Below are positions 36,001-47,819 of a stretch of DNA of 64,000 nt, in pieces. Every line of letters starts with the position of its first letter. Position 1 is the stretch's first letter. The DNA is taken from contig NC_045696.1 of assembly GCF_009834535.1 (NCBI RefSeq), forward strand, positions 68,326,001 to 68,390,000, read 5' to 3'. The notes under the pieces are model-generated. The model was not told where the DNA came from and searched no databases. It worked only from the letters and a program-made list of their open reading frames with translations. The DNA is from Camelus ferus (taxonomy: Eukaryota). The position numbers were made by a program, and so were the translations under genes.

Positions 36001-37896
36001 ATTTTCCAATCTTTAATTTAAGTTCAATGCCAATCCTGATTCCTTTATGTGTTCCCCAAACTGGTTTACCCTGTCTCCCACCCACAAACCCTAATTGTCA
36101 CCCTGAGAGCAGCAAGAAGTACACTCTGCCTGGAAAACAATATAAATTGGCTCTCAGATCTTTTTCACACCAAACAGCATGATTTCAAAACACTGGAAGA
36201 AAACTAGAGCCAAAACAAATTCCCTCTGCACAGCCCCCCTACCCCCCACACCACACATACACACACGTGAACTTTTAAACCTTGGACATCAGATGAGAGG
36301 GAGAGAGAGAGAAAGGCCAGCCTTCCATTGCTTCACATTGTATGTATATATCAAGTTCACTCCACAAACACAAGGTGCACTGTCAGAAGTGCCTGAGGCA
36401 AAGTTTGTACTTTGCTTGCATTCTAACTTTTGTTTACCAAGGCAATAAACCGGTCCTCTGCTTCTCCAGGCGTAAAGCTATTATGAAAAGGCATATTTGT
36501 GTTTCACCCCACCTCAGCTGTTACGGTATGTGGGGCGTCCTGCACTCTACAAGCGGCCAGGGTTTATTTACAGAGAGAGGCACCCAAGCACAAGGGAGTG
36601 TCGTCAAGCTGGGAAAGGCTGAGCCCTGGCAGAGGCCAGGCCGTCTAACTTTCCTCTTCCTCTTCCACCTGCCCCTCAGACTCCAGCACTTGCCTTCCAG
36701 GCCTTGGCAAATAACCCCGTCTGCCGGCGACCTTCCAGACGCCTCGCCATCTCCGTTCAGACAACTTACATCCTCTTGGGCTTTAGGGCCTAAGCTTTCC
36801 AACCAACCCATTATGGGCACACTTTGTACAGCTAAAATAGAGTGGAGAAACTGGCTCCAATCTGGTGCCTGAAGACCTCCCCAGCGTTTACTCCTCCTCC
36901 TTCTTGTGGACTGTCTACACTCTGATGGGTTATCTGAGGCCTGGGATGGGTGGGAGGAAACTTTCACCCACATCTCTGACTGAGCTAAATGGCCTGGAAC
37001 CCACTCTAAATTATCTACTGAAATCTTGGCACGGCAAGGAGGAAAGAATGTATGGAAAAGGGCAGACTTAGAATGCCAAGGCCATTAGCCAGGGCAGGTG
37101 GGACTGCTGCCGTGGGGTTACAGTGATGCTGTGGCCTCCGGGCCGGTCTGACAGACCACCCAGAAACTTGCACCGAGGCACATGGCAGTGGCAGCGGCAG
37201 CTAAACCCATCAGCTGCACGACACAGGCGAGTCTCTCAGACCTGGGCTGAAACTGTGGGCCGCCTTTCATCTTCTGGGAGTTAATTCCAGTTTCTTCAGA
37301 ATTTTGAGTTCCCTTATTTCCTGAGCCCCTAGTCAGTGCAGAAGGTTCAGCCAGGGGCTAGCACATTTTAGGCACTCCGTACATGTTTTTGAACAATGAC
37401 TTAATTCATCTTCATCAATTTCAGTTTCATCGCTTGAAAAACTAAGATCTTGAGCAAGATAATTAATCTCTGTGATCATTTAACATCTGTACAGTGGGAC
37501 TCATACTAGCCATTTCTTTCAGGGTTGTTATAAGGATCAGGTGAGTAGCCCTTTGTAAACCCTAAAGAGCTGCACAAACATTGGTAGTTACAGCAACTCA
37601 GAACTCCTCCTTGGACTCACACTTCCAGACCATGCCTTGTCAGCCACCGTCTCCCTCAGGCTGCCTAGAAACTCAGAGCAACACATGCCTATCAAATGTC
37701 TACACAGGCTGAGGTTCAGTGGAAGCCATCGAGAGTGGAGATGAATCTACAGGGAGCTTGGTAGTTACAGTGAGGATAAGAAAAAGACCTTCCATTGCTG
37801 AACACATAACTATTGAGTGTTTAATATTCAATCATTCAATGACTTTTGAGAGCCAACTATGGACAAGGCTTTGGGAATTCTTGGCACTGGAAATTG

Positions 37897-38262
37897 TTTC
37901 AGTTACGATAGGCTAATGTAATGACTCAACATGAAACACATCTGTTTCTTGTTCACATACCAGTCCTGAACGGGTATGTGGATTGCCGGGGTAACCCTTC
38001 TTCATTTAGTCATTCAATAGCCCAGGATCCTTTCATCTTGTGCCTCTACCATCCCGTAGGGCCTTGTCATCATCTAGCAGGAAGGGAAGAACACGCAGGA
38101 GAGTGCATGAGAGGCTTTCATAGGTCAGGCCTGGGAAGCTGCACCGTACGTTCCCCGTACTGTTCTCCTAGCTAGAAGTCTGTCACATTCAACTGCAAAA
38201 GAACATGAATGAGCCTTACTCTGTTTCCGGGAAGAAGAAACAGATTTTGGTGACCATCTAGC
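37897..38262. mobile_element. Old MaLR LTR (MLT1J/K-like)
   Basis: 'ggtcaggcctgggaagctgcacc...ctagctagaagtctgtcacattcaactgcaaaag...gggaagaagaaacagattttggtgaccatctagc'. Confidence 0.6.
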
Positions 38263-38354
38263 CAACTCCAACTCTCATGCAAGGACATGGCAAGCAGCAA
38301 GACAGATCCCTACCCTCAAGGGGCTTACAGTTCTGGGCAGGTTATGATAAAGCA

Positions 38355-38815
38355 GTTTCTTGCCTTTTCCAGATTTTAGACTGCTCACATCCCTCAGTCT
38401 GTGGCCACTTCCTACATCTTCAAAGCCAGCCATGGCAGGTCAAGCCTTCCTCATGGTGCTTCCACACTGGTTCTGACTTTTGTGCCTCCCACTTCCTTGT
38501 TTGAGGACTTTTGTGATTACATTGTGGCCACATAATTAGTCCAGGATCATATCCTAATTTTTTTTTTAATATTTTTATTTTTCTCTTTTACCGGAGGTAC
38601 TGAGGATTGAACCCAGGATCTCCTGCATGCTAAGCACACACTCTACTACTGAGCTACACCCTTCCCTCAATATCCCTATTTTTTAAGGAAGGCTGATTAG
38701 CAAGTTTAATTCCAGCAGCAATCTTAATTGGCCCTCAGCATTTAATATAACATATTCACATGTTCTGGGGATTAGGACGTGGATGTCTTCAGGAGCCATT
38801 ATTCTACCTGCTGCA
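38355..38815 (-). mobile_element. MaLR LTR (MLT1D-like) interrupted by a SINE
   Basis: 'ttgccttttccag...catcttcaaagccagc...ttgtgattacattg...gctgattagcaag...catattcacatgttctggggattaggacgtggatgtc...gccattattct'. Confidence 0.85.
38557..38666 (-). mobile_element. Camelid tRNA-Ala-derived SINE (Vic-1 type) nested in the MLT1D LTR
   Basis: 'ggaggtactgaggattgaacccaggatctcctgcatgctaagcacacactctactactgagctacacccttccc'. Degenerate TSD atatcctaattt / atatccctattt. Confidence 0.9.
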
Positions 38816-39600
38816 GGGACTCACTAAGTCAGAATGGAGGCTGGCTGAAGGGGACGGTCGCTTGATGCCTTGTACTGCACACAGGGAGAACTCGACACCC
38901 ATGAGCTGAAAGGAACACAGAGGCTCCGGTCTTCTGGAGACAGCATCTGTGTCCTGTGGTTCAGAGGGTCTCTCCAGAGAAGCTTGAAGCGTGCTTTGCT
39001 GTCGGGAGCCCTTCTGAGGCCGCTGTCACCTGGCATGCCAGGGATGCGATGCTGGGACACAGCTCCTGTCCATCTATCACCCAGGATGGCATGGAGGTTT
39101 CTTGTTTTGCCAGAGAAAGGTTCATTTCAGAGAGGGGAGTGGTTGACGGTAAACTGTTGGCTGCAGCATGTGAGGCCCATCAGTTCCAATTCAGGGACAA
39201 CTGGAGTTGACGTGGGCGCTCTATTCAAATGTAACCAAGCATCTCCTGTTGCCAGAGGAGGTGTTGTTCAGTGAGGGGCTGGCGGGGGGTGTTGTGAATC
39301 CAAGATGCCTCTGTAGTTCTCTCAGATGGATTCTGGGAGGTGAGGAGGGAGAGCAGAGAGGGAAATCCACTCCTCTGGTAAGTCAACCTCCAAATCGTAA
39401 CAGATTCCTGGAAAACTTGTGAAACTGCCTACAGGAGAGAAAATCCACAATAAGGTGGTGGCTGATGCACACTCAGAGTGGAAGGATTTGTCAAAATATA
39501 AGCCCATGGGGGCAGCACGTGGCAACAGATCTCAAGGAAAACCCTGGGCCACAACTCCTCTTCTTTGTATGTAGGTGAGTTTGAAGAGGACAGAGTCTGG

Positions 39601-40550
39601 CAATAAGTGCTGAAGAGGGTGTGGAGAAGAGGGAACCCTCCTATACTACTGGTGGGAATGTAGTTTGGTGCAGCCACTATGGAGAACAGTGTGGAGCTTC
39701 CTTAAAAAACTAAAAATAGGCTTATCATATGATCCAGCAATCTCACTCCTGGGCATGTAACCCAGAGAAAACTCTAATTTCAAAAGATAGATTCACTCCA
39801 ATGTTCATAGCAGCGCTACTTACAATAGCCAAGACATGAAAACAACCTAAATGCTCATCGACAGACAAATGGATAAAGATGTGGTATACATATATATGCA
39901 ATGGAATACTACCCAACCATAAAAAAGAATGAAATAATGTTACTTGCAGCAACATGGATGGACTGAGAGATTATCATACTAGGTGAAGTAAGTCAAATTA
40001 AAGAAAAAGTACAAGAAAGACAAATATCATATGATATCACTTATATGTGAAATGTTAAAAAAAAAAAAAGATACAAGGGGGGAGGGTATAGCTCAAAGTT
40101 CTAGAGAGCATGCTTAGCATGCACAAGGTCCTGGGTTCAATCTCCAGTACCTCCTCTAAAAAATAAACCTAATTATCTCCATCTACCCACCTCCAAAAAA
40201 AACTTTAAAAAATATTTTAAAAAATGATACAAATGAACTTATTTACAAAACAGAAACAGACTCATAAATATAGAAAACAAATTTATGATTACCAAATGGT
40301 AAAGGGAAGGGTGGAGGGATAAATTAGGAGTTTGGGATTAGCAGATACAAATTACTATAAACAAAATAGATAATCAACAAGGTCCTACTGTATAGCACAG
40401 GGAACTGTATTCAATACCTTGTAATAATCTACAATGAAAAAATATGTATTTACATATACATATATATGTGTATATAACTGAATCACCATTGGTGTACATC
40501 AGAAACAAACACAACATTATAAATCAACCATACTTGAATTTAAAAAAAAA
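39601..40550 (+). mobile_element. 5'-truncated L1 (ORF2 end + 3' UTR + poly-A)
   Basis: 'gggaaccctcctatactactggtgggaatgtag...atatgatccagcaatctcactcctgggc...'. TSD agaggacagagtctgg (39585-39600) / agagaacagagtttgg (40551-40566). Confidence 0.92.
40077..40225 (+). mobile_element. Camelid tRNA-Ala-derived SINE (Vic-1 type) nested in L1
   Basis: ggggggagggtatagctc...gcttagcatgcacaaggtcctgggttcaatctccagtacctcc. TSD gatacaa at 40070-40076 and 40226-40232. Confidence 0.9.
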
Positions 40551-41494
40551 AGAGAACAGAGTTTGGGTAAGTATAGAATGGCTTTCTGTATTTTGAGCTT
40601 GATTTTATGGAAATGACTTTTTAAAACCTGTTTCACTGGAACTAGAATTTCCCCACCCACTCTTCCCACACCTCTTAGCCCAGCAGTCACTGGAGGGCAG
40701 AACAAGATGAGGACGTCCTTGCCAGGTCAGTTCTTGGAAGAAGGAGGAGCCTGCCTTCAGGGACATGGGCCCGAGGTTAATGTCTTAGTCACGGCAATCC
40801 AGATGCACAGACTCTGACTTCAAGTTTGGAGCTTTTTGAACTACTGTGGTGCACTGGGAGCACGTCAGGGAAATCTCCGGGACAGAGACCTGTTCAGGGA
40901 GAGTATCCCGGCTGAGTACCTCCAACTAACTACCTTTGTCAGTTAGGAACGCTCTTTAGGAAGAGTTGCAGAATCTAATTCTGATTATGTAACTGGCATC
41001 CAGGTGGTATAATTGTATCTTTTATCAGCACAGACATATTACAATAGGGACATATTTTGATCTTATAGATAATTTTCAGTTCCTGAGAACCTTAAAGGAT
41101 TAAGGGCTATTAATTCATCTTAAAATGTACAGAGATAAGCATTGGACTGCTCTCTTTTGTCTTTTAAATATTGTACCTTATGCATGTGTTACTTATTCAA
41201 AAAATAAATTTAAAACATTTTGTGATATGCAGAATCAGCATGGTGTCAACTTCATAAAATCAGACAGGTAGAATAAGGGAACCGCAATGAAATTTAATAG
41301 AACCCAACTTGCTATGATGAGATTGTTTCTCTTGTCTATACTTTTGCACATTTTCTGTATCTTCCTCAACGAACAATAACAATAAATAAAGTTGTTTCCA
41401 ATGATTCTGAAAGTTACATGTTTTAAACAATCAGAGGAAGCAGCATTTCCATACACCACCGCTACATTAATCTATAGGTCAGGCTCAGGCTGAT

Positions 41495-41825
41495 AAGATA
41501 GTCCCCGCCCATATGCCTTTTCCATTTTCCAGTTTCTTCTCAGTTTGCCAGTGAGTGGGCTGTGTTTCTAGGTCTGATTCGTGGATCTCTTGTTGTCCAG
41601 CCAGTCATAGTGAAACGTCGTGCGTACATCACCCTTCGTGACGGCTGGGTTTCGGTTCAGTTAACCTCCCTGTTATCACTGTCATCTCCGCCGTCATCCA
41701 GCACCCTCACCCACTGTCAGCAAGCTCCTCTCAGTTCAGAGCCTTACGCGTTTTTCAGTGCTTGCAACCTTTGGCCATGTGCTGTGGGGGATGTGGAGGT
41801 GATTCCGTTCCGCCCGCCCGCTAAG
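41495..41825. promoter_or_regulatory. Small CpG-rich patch with GC boxes (candidate promoter/enhancer)
   Basis: About 15 CpG in 41580-41821 by hand count. GC boxes CCCCGCCC (41503-41510) and CCGCCCGCCCG (about 41810). IRF-like AGTGAAAC and GGTTTCGGTTC. Confidence 0.4.
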
Positions 41826-43600
41826 ATGCTCCATTTCAGAAGGGAGAGAGAGTACAGGGAGTTGGCTTTGATTGGAACCAGAAAGTGGGGAGAGCTTTAA
41901 AAGGTACCATGACGTACGATGACTGGCAGATGGGAGAAGCAGGGAATAAATGCTGCAGGGTGGAACCCTTCCTTCCTTTGATCCTCCTGAGTTCTTCACC
42001 TGTGCCTCTCTCTCTGATCTTTGTCACAGCCTGCCATGTGTCATGTCCTTATCTTGGTCCTTCTTCTTGCCTACCATGGCCCACATGAATGCCATGGTGT
42101 AATAGAGATGCCAACAAAACGCTTTGGAGCCTGGAGGATGCCAAGATTAACTCTGAAGGCAGAATTTGTAGAGGAGCTGGCATTTGAACAGGCTCGAGGG
42201 ACAGATGGCAGTTAGATAGCAGAGGTAGAGGAAAGAGTGACTTAAGAGGCAGAGGAGGGTGAAGGGGTGTGAGGGTGCTGTGTGGGGATATACTTTTCTG
42301 AACTTTAGATTCCACATCAGCAGCAAGACGATCACACCACTGACCTCGGGCGTTGCTGTGAGCATCAAGTAACACATGAAACAGTACAGCTAACACTTAC
42401 CAAGTAGCTCCTGGGGGCTCAGGGTCACGCAGCTAACAAGGAGGAGAGCCAAGATACACACTCAGGGCTCAGAAGTGCGCACCCTTAGACACCTTTCTAT
42501 ACTACCCAGAGGATGACTTAGAGGTCCATGCATAAGAGCAGTTACGAGTGTGAGTTACATAATCCTTTCTAACTTGAACCTGTCCCTTGGACCTGAGAGG
42601 TTTCTGATTTGAAATTCTAGGTTATTTCTGAATTAATTGAGCTTCTCTGGACTGTCACCGGCCCGTTGACCTGGTGCCTAGTCTGCTGGTTGGGATGTTA
42701 CCCTGGGTGTGAAATTTCCTGCTGCTGGAGACTACAGTTCAAGGCCTGGGCTGGGCCTGAGGCACGAGGAGGACCATCTAGTCCAGGCCCAGCTGTGATG
42801 AAAGAGCCCGTTGACTCCCACTCTGAGGAACCAACCAGCATTAGAAGCCTCTCTCAGTTCTGAAGATCTCAGATGTCAGTAAGCACCTTCCAGGGCGTTA
42901 GTCTTGCTGAAGAGTCAGCACAGGGCCCAGTTTACTTCTAGGTATGCAAACAGCTAACAGAACATTCTTGCCTTTGCCTAATACCATGACATCTTCTTTG
43001 AGGAAGCCTCTAATTTTTACTGGAAAAATGCTATCTAACGAATGGCCCAGTGGGAATGGAGTCTAGGAGCTGGGACTGTGGCAGTATTCCCTGGGCACAT
43101 TCTCCATTGTTTGCTCTCGTTATTGCTGCGGTGGGACCTACACTGTCACTGTTACTTGCTCTTCACAGAAAAATTATCCAAGAGTCAAGTTCCTTTTCTG
43201 TGCTTTCTTAGAAAAAAAATCTTTGGAGTAATAACACATATTTGACCTTTTGGCTCACAGTGTCTTTCACATCCATCACTTTTGCTGGGTCCTCCTAGCA
43301 ACGTTTTGGTGGTGTGTGTGGAGCTGCAAGAACGGCAGAAAGATGCATGGAGGACGGGAACAACCTCCTTTGGATTCATGGGACTCAGGTTTAGCAAGGT
43401 CAGCAGGATGGGGAAGGGCAAAAAGCCAGATAATGCAGGGACTCCAATGCCAGTTTCCCACCTCCAGACCCCATGCACTTCTAACTTTTGGGATGCCCCA
43501 TCCCCAGGTCCTTAGGAGTCAAGGGAGACTCCCAAGTCCATCCTCAGCTACCTTGTTCTAAGGAATCTGTCATGTTCAGTGGGGAATGCAACTCAGGGGT

Positions 43601-43822
43601 TATGGTTCTCAGCTGGGGGTGACTTTTGCCCCTAGGGAACAATTGGCAATGTCTGAGACATTTTGTGTTGTCACAGCTGGGGAGAGGGAAGCAGATGCTA
43701 CTGGCATCTAGTAGGTAGCGATCAGAGATGTTGCAAATCATCCCACAACATATAGAACAGCCCTCTCTAACAAAGAACTATCTGGCCACCATTGTTAACT
43801 GTGCCAAGGTTGGGAAGTCCTG
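43601..43822. mobile_element. MER20 hAT-Charlie element
   Basis: 'ggttctcagctgggggtgacttttgccc...ggcaatgtctgagacatttt...gctactggcatctagtaggtag...aacaaagaactatctggcc...gtgccaaggttggga'. Confidence 0.9.
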
Positions 43823-44374
43823 GGTTAGAATAAAAGGAAAGCCCTCCGGTTCCCAGATTCCCGTGCACATAGACAGCTTTCCATGAATGTCTCCTTTTTA
43901 AAAACATCCATAGCTGCTTTCATGCATTTTTTTCCCCTCCTACCATAATGAGGACCTGCCAATATGTCAAAACTGAAAGGAGAAGGTGAGGCCCAGAGAA
44001 GAGAAGTGACTGCTCAGGGTCCCCAGCTCATCTGTGGTGGAGAAGGAACAGACCTGTCCTCCTGCCCCGAGTCGAATGCACTTTCTATGTCATCATGCTA
44101 AATTCCCCGCTCACCATCTCTGCTTTGAGCCATTTTCTGACTCCCTGATTCAACAAATGTTGTGATCTGAATATGCACACTGACAGGCCAGCTTCCTGCT
44201 TATTCTAATACAGAGCAAGGTGACATGAAACAACCTAATACAACGTGAGGGGCAGCTCACCGATGCTACCTCAGTTCCCTTTGCGGCTTCAGACCCAGGC
44301 CCCTGGCACGGCTGCTGGGCCGGGGAGTGCTGTTCCTCTGTCCTTAGGAGACAGAAGGTCAAAGCTCTCTACCT

Positions 44375-44599
44375 GAAGTGAAACTGACACCGTCTAGGCC
44401 CTCAGGCTTCCCTGCAGGAGGCGCATTACTGAAAATACCTAAGTTTCTTGGAACTGAAAGGTTTTTTTTTTCTTATTTGATTTTTCATAGCTTGTTCTGT
44501 TGGTTTAATGTTTACTTTTTTTACTCAGCCAGTTAGTGAAACTGGGTTGGTCAGTGAAACTTTCGAGGGACAGGAGGTTTCACTTTCAGGGCTGAAAGT
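44375..44599. promoter_or_regulatory. Dense IRF/STAT motif cluster (candidate interferon-responsive enhancer)
   Basis: GAAGTGAAACT 44375-44385; GAS TTCTTGGAA 44445-44453 overlapping EICE-type GGAACTGAAA 44450-44459; AGTGAAACT 44535-44543 and 44553-44561; ISRE GGTTTCACTTTC 44576-44587; CTGAAAGT 44592-44599. Confidence 0.65.
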
Positions 44600-46373
44600 T
44601 TGGGTTTGGGCTTTTAAAGCCTTGACAAAGGCAGTCAGGGTGTTCAGCCTTCTGGGCTGAGTGTGAGTTTAAAATTATATGAACATAAGAAATGCTGAGA
44701 TAGTATTTATGGAGTAGATTAATTCATCAAAATATTTACTCAACATGTGCTCTGTATTAGACTGCCGTGAGCAGTAGAGACACAGCCCTGAGCCAGACTA
44801 AAACCTTTCCTTTCCTCAATTGCTTACAGTCTGGCTGGGGAAGTGAATCAGTAAGTGTTCTCTCCAAAAACACCTTTTATCCATTGTATCAGGGAGTTAG
44901 ACTAAATTTTTCCCTCTTATAAGAATACTCCTAGCTTTTTTTCTTTGTTAAATTCCTGTTCAGTCTTCAAGGGCAGGATCAGATGCCAGCTCATTCAGAA
45001 AAGCTTTAGAAAGCTCCCTAGCTGTCAGGAAATCTTGTTGAGTGTATCTTCAGCCTATTCTCCAAATGGCTACAAAACCATTCCACATTTTGGTGGCCCC
45101 CTGTAGGGAAGCAGTGTAGCCTGGTCAGGAGGAACCTGTATTCAAACCTAAACTGCATGGTGTACCTGCCGGTACCTTGAGCAGTTACTTGGCCTCTTCC
45201 TGAGCCCAGTTTCCTGGTCTGCTGTGAGGATAAAACGTCACAGCGCCTGTGCAGTACCTGGCATGTGACAGCTACTCAGGGCAGAGGCAGACAAAGTACC
45301 AGGCACTAGGTAGGCTCTGTGCTGTAAAGGATCCCAAAACCCAAGGGACATGGGCACTTCTCCCTAGGAGCTCATAACAAAGGAAGGAGACAGGCTCATA
45401 AAGCCTCTGCAGAGGACAGACACAGATGTGTTAGAGAAGTCACTATAAGAAGTGTTTGGGAGCAGGTGAAAATTAATTCTGAGTGGGTGGATCTGATTCT
45501 CTGCAAAAATTCCTGGAAAGAATAAACGAGGGTTTGGGATTGAAGTGGGATTGAATGTGGGCCAATTAGCAATGTTCATTGGAAAGACAGTTAGACTCAA
45601 ATTCTTATTTAAATGCCCAATCTGAAGGTTTGGACTTCTACCTCAGGGCAAAAAGGAGTTCCCCAAAGTTTCTGACATGGAAGTCTGGCTTCAGTTGATT
45701 AGATCCCTGTCACTGAGGAGCTCACAGTCTGGTCAAGAAGAGAGGTAAGTGGAGAATGAACTGTAAAAGATATGATGAGTGAGGCATGAAAAACAGTGCT
45801 GTGAGGTGCATGGAAGGGGGAATAACTAAGGAGGAAGCTTTTGTGAGAGGAGAGGAAGAAATCTAACACAGAGCAGTGTTAGATCCTCCACCACTGCAGT
45901 TCCACACTGGATTGCACTTATCCTTTCATTTTTGTCTGCCTTCCTCTCTGGATGGTGAGCTCCTTAAGGGCTGGGGTGCAGTGGTCCATGCACAACAAAC
46001 CTTCAAAAATATTGATTAAAATGAAAGATTGGAGATAACTTTGGGCAGAGTGTGCATAGTGGACTGAGAAGGAAGATTATTGAGGCTGGGAGACCACTTA
46101 CAAAGTTTTCACAAGTTGAAGTGAAAGCTAGTGAGGCAGGAAGAACAGTGAAGCAGACATGGAACAGGTAGCATGGCCCAGAGATAGACACAGAGAAAGA
46201 ACAAATATCAGGGACTGGTTGAAGGTGAAGAGGGTGAGGGGTCAAAATTTACCCAAAATGTTGTATCTGGCTGCTTGGAAGGGTCATGATGCCATCAATG
46301 TATCAACCCAAAGCAGAAGGGCTCAAATCATATGAACACAGCATAAGTAGGAATTCAACAAATATTTGTGGAA

Positions 46374-46400
46374 AGGATGGATGGATGGATGGATGGATGG
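46374..46400. repeat. (GGAT)n microsatellite at an L2 tail
   Basis: ggatggatggatggatggatggatggg following 'aattcaacaaatatttgtgg'. Confidence 0.9.
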
Positions 46401-46721
46401 GTCATCAGTACTAATCAGGGAATTACAGGCTCATTTATTATTGGGGCTCAAGGGAAGCTTACATATCATCAACGTACTCATTCTATATATGAGTGAAATG
46501 AGGTAAGGTGGGGGAACTGACTGCTTTTGATCACACAGCTACTAGGTGATAAATTTAGGGAATGAAATTAAATCTCTGGATGCCTAGGCTAGTGTTCTTT
46601 CCAGTATGTTATATAGTTATTTTCTTCAATTCTTAAAAAGAATTTCAGAGGAAATGGTATGCATGAAAATCATATACCACTTGTAATTTGTTTTTTTTTT
46701 TAACTAAAAGCTACATTGAAA

Positions 46722-46736
46722 TTTCATTTCCGTTTC
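46722..46736 (-). promoter_or_regulatory. Triple-GAAA ISRE/EICE composite
   Basis: TTTCATTTCCGTTTC, i.e. GAAACGGAAATGAAA on the minus strand. Confidence 0.45.
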
Positions 46737-47037
46737 GCTGATTAAAATAGGAATTCTGAAAGTCATGCATATTGATTGAGGAGTCCTCGGCTTTGGGGCC
46801 AAATTCTTCCAGTGGCTGCTACCTTCTGCAATCCCATTTCCCCAGACACTCCTCTTTGGCCTACCCAGACCCACAACTTGCAGCTGAAGAATGGGGGGCA
46901 TGCCTCCGTGAAGGTGTACAGGAGAGAGGCTAGCATCGTTCTGAGGGTATGTTCATTACTTTGCAAAGATGAAATTGACTTTTAGATAAATAGCCACTTG
47001 GTGATTCAGTCAACCAACATCTATGAGGCATGGCTCT

Positions 47038-47091
47038 AAAGCAAAGAGACTGGTTTCCTTAAGGCACACTCAAAACCAGTCTCTTCGCTTT
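47038..47091. repeat. 19-bp inverted repeat with a 16-nt spacer
   Basis: aaagcaaagagactggttt (47038-47056) / aaaccagtctcttcgcttt (47073-47091), one mismatch. Confidence 0.9.
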
Positions 47092-47819
47092 CCCCCACTT
47101 TGCGTGTTCTGAGTGCCTCCCGGGTGCTCCTCAGCACACTAGTTGTCATGGTGGTAGAGAAGATAAGATTAAGATACGATCTCTACTTGAAAGAGTTTAC
47201 CTTCTAAATGAGGAGACTCATTAAAAAAAAAATCATGCAATAATTTATGATGTAATGCTACCTCTTTTCTCTCTGGTAAGTTTCAGGCACTAAACAACTA
47301 CTAGAGTAAGAGAGTCTCAAACTGGAAAGTTTATCACTTCAGACTTCTTCTTTTGGTATTTGAGGGTGACTGCAGCATCCAAGCCTAGGGGTCATCAGTC
47401 TCTGATATCAGACAACACACCTTCTCATCTGCTTGTCCTTTGGGGACGCTATTATGGGGCACAATGAATCAACTAATTAAAGGTAATGTTTTGAAGAGGA
47501 GGGGCCCAGCCTGGGAGGAGCTACCTGAACCTCTTCGCTTCTCTTCTCTCTCCTCTCCAATTCATCTTCCACGCTGAGCCAGCTGTTAAAGCTTCTGACA
47601 GGTCCCTTCTGTGGCAGTGTGTTTTAACAACAGCAAGGACCAACATTTATTGAGCATTTACATGATACCAGGCTCTCTCTGCTTAATATTTTGCAGGCGT
47701 TATCTCATTGTATATTGACATCAGATCTGAAATCTCGGTGCCAACATTGCCAATAACTAGGTGTGTGTTACTTGAACTGCAAATTCTCTCCAAGCCATTT
47801 CCTCATCTGGCAAATGAGG

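Noticed and set aside
36342..36973. Overlapping 176-aa and 150-aa ORFs on opposite strands
   Set aside because: No recognisable family, no convincing splice context, and mutual antisense overlap.
37418..37428. TTTCAGTTTC ISRE match
   Set aside because: Falls in the decayed MIR core (cctcagtttcc) and is isolated; chance-level.
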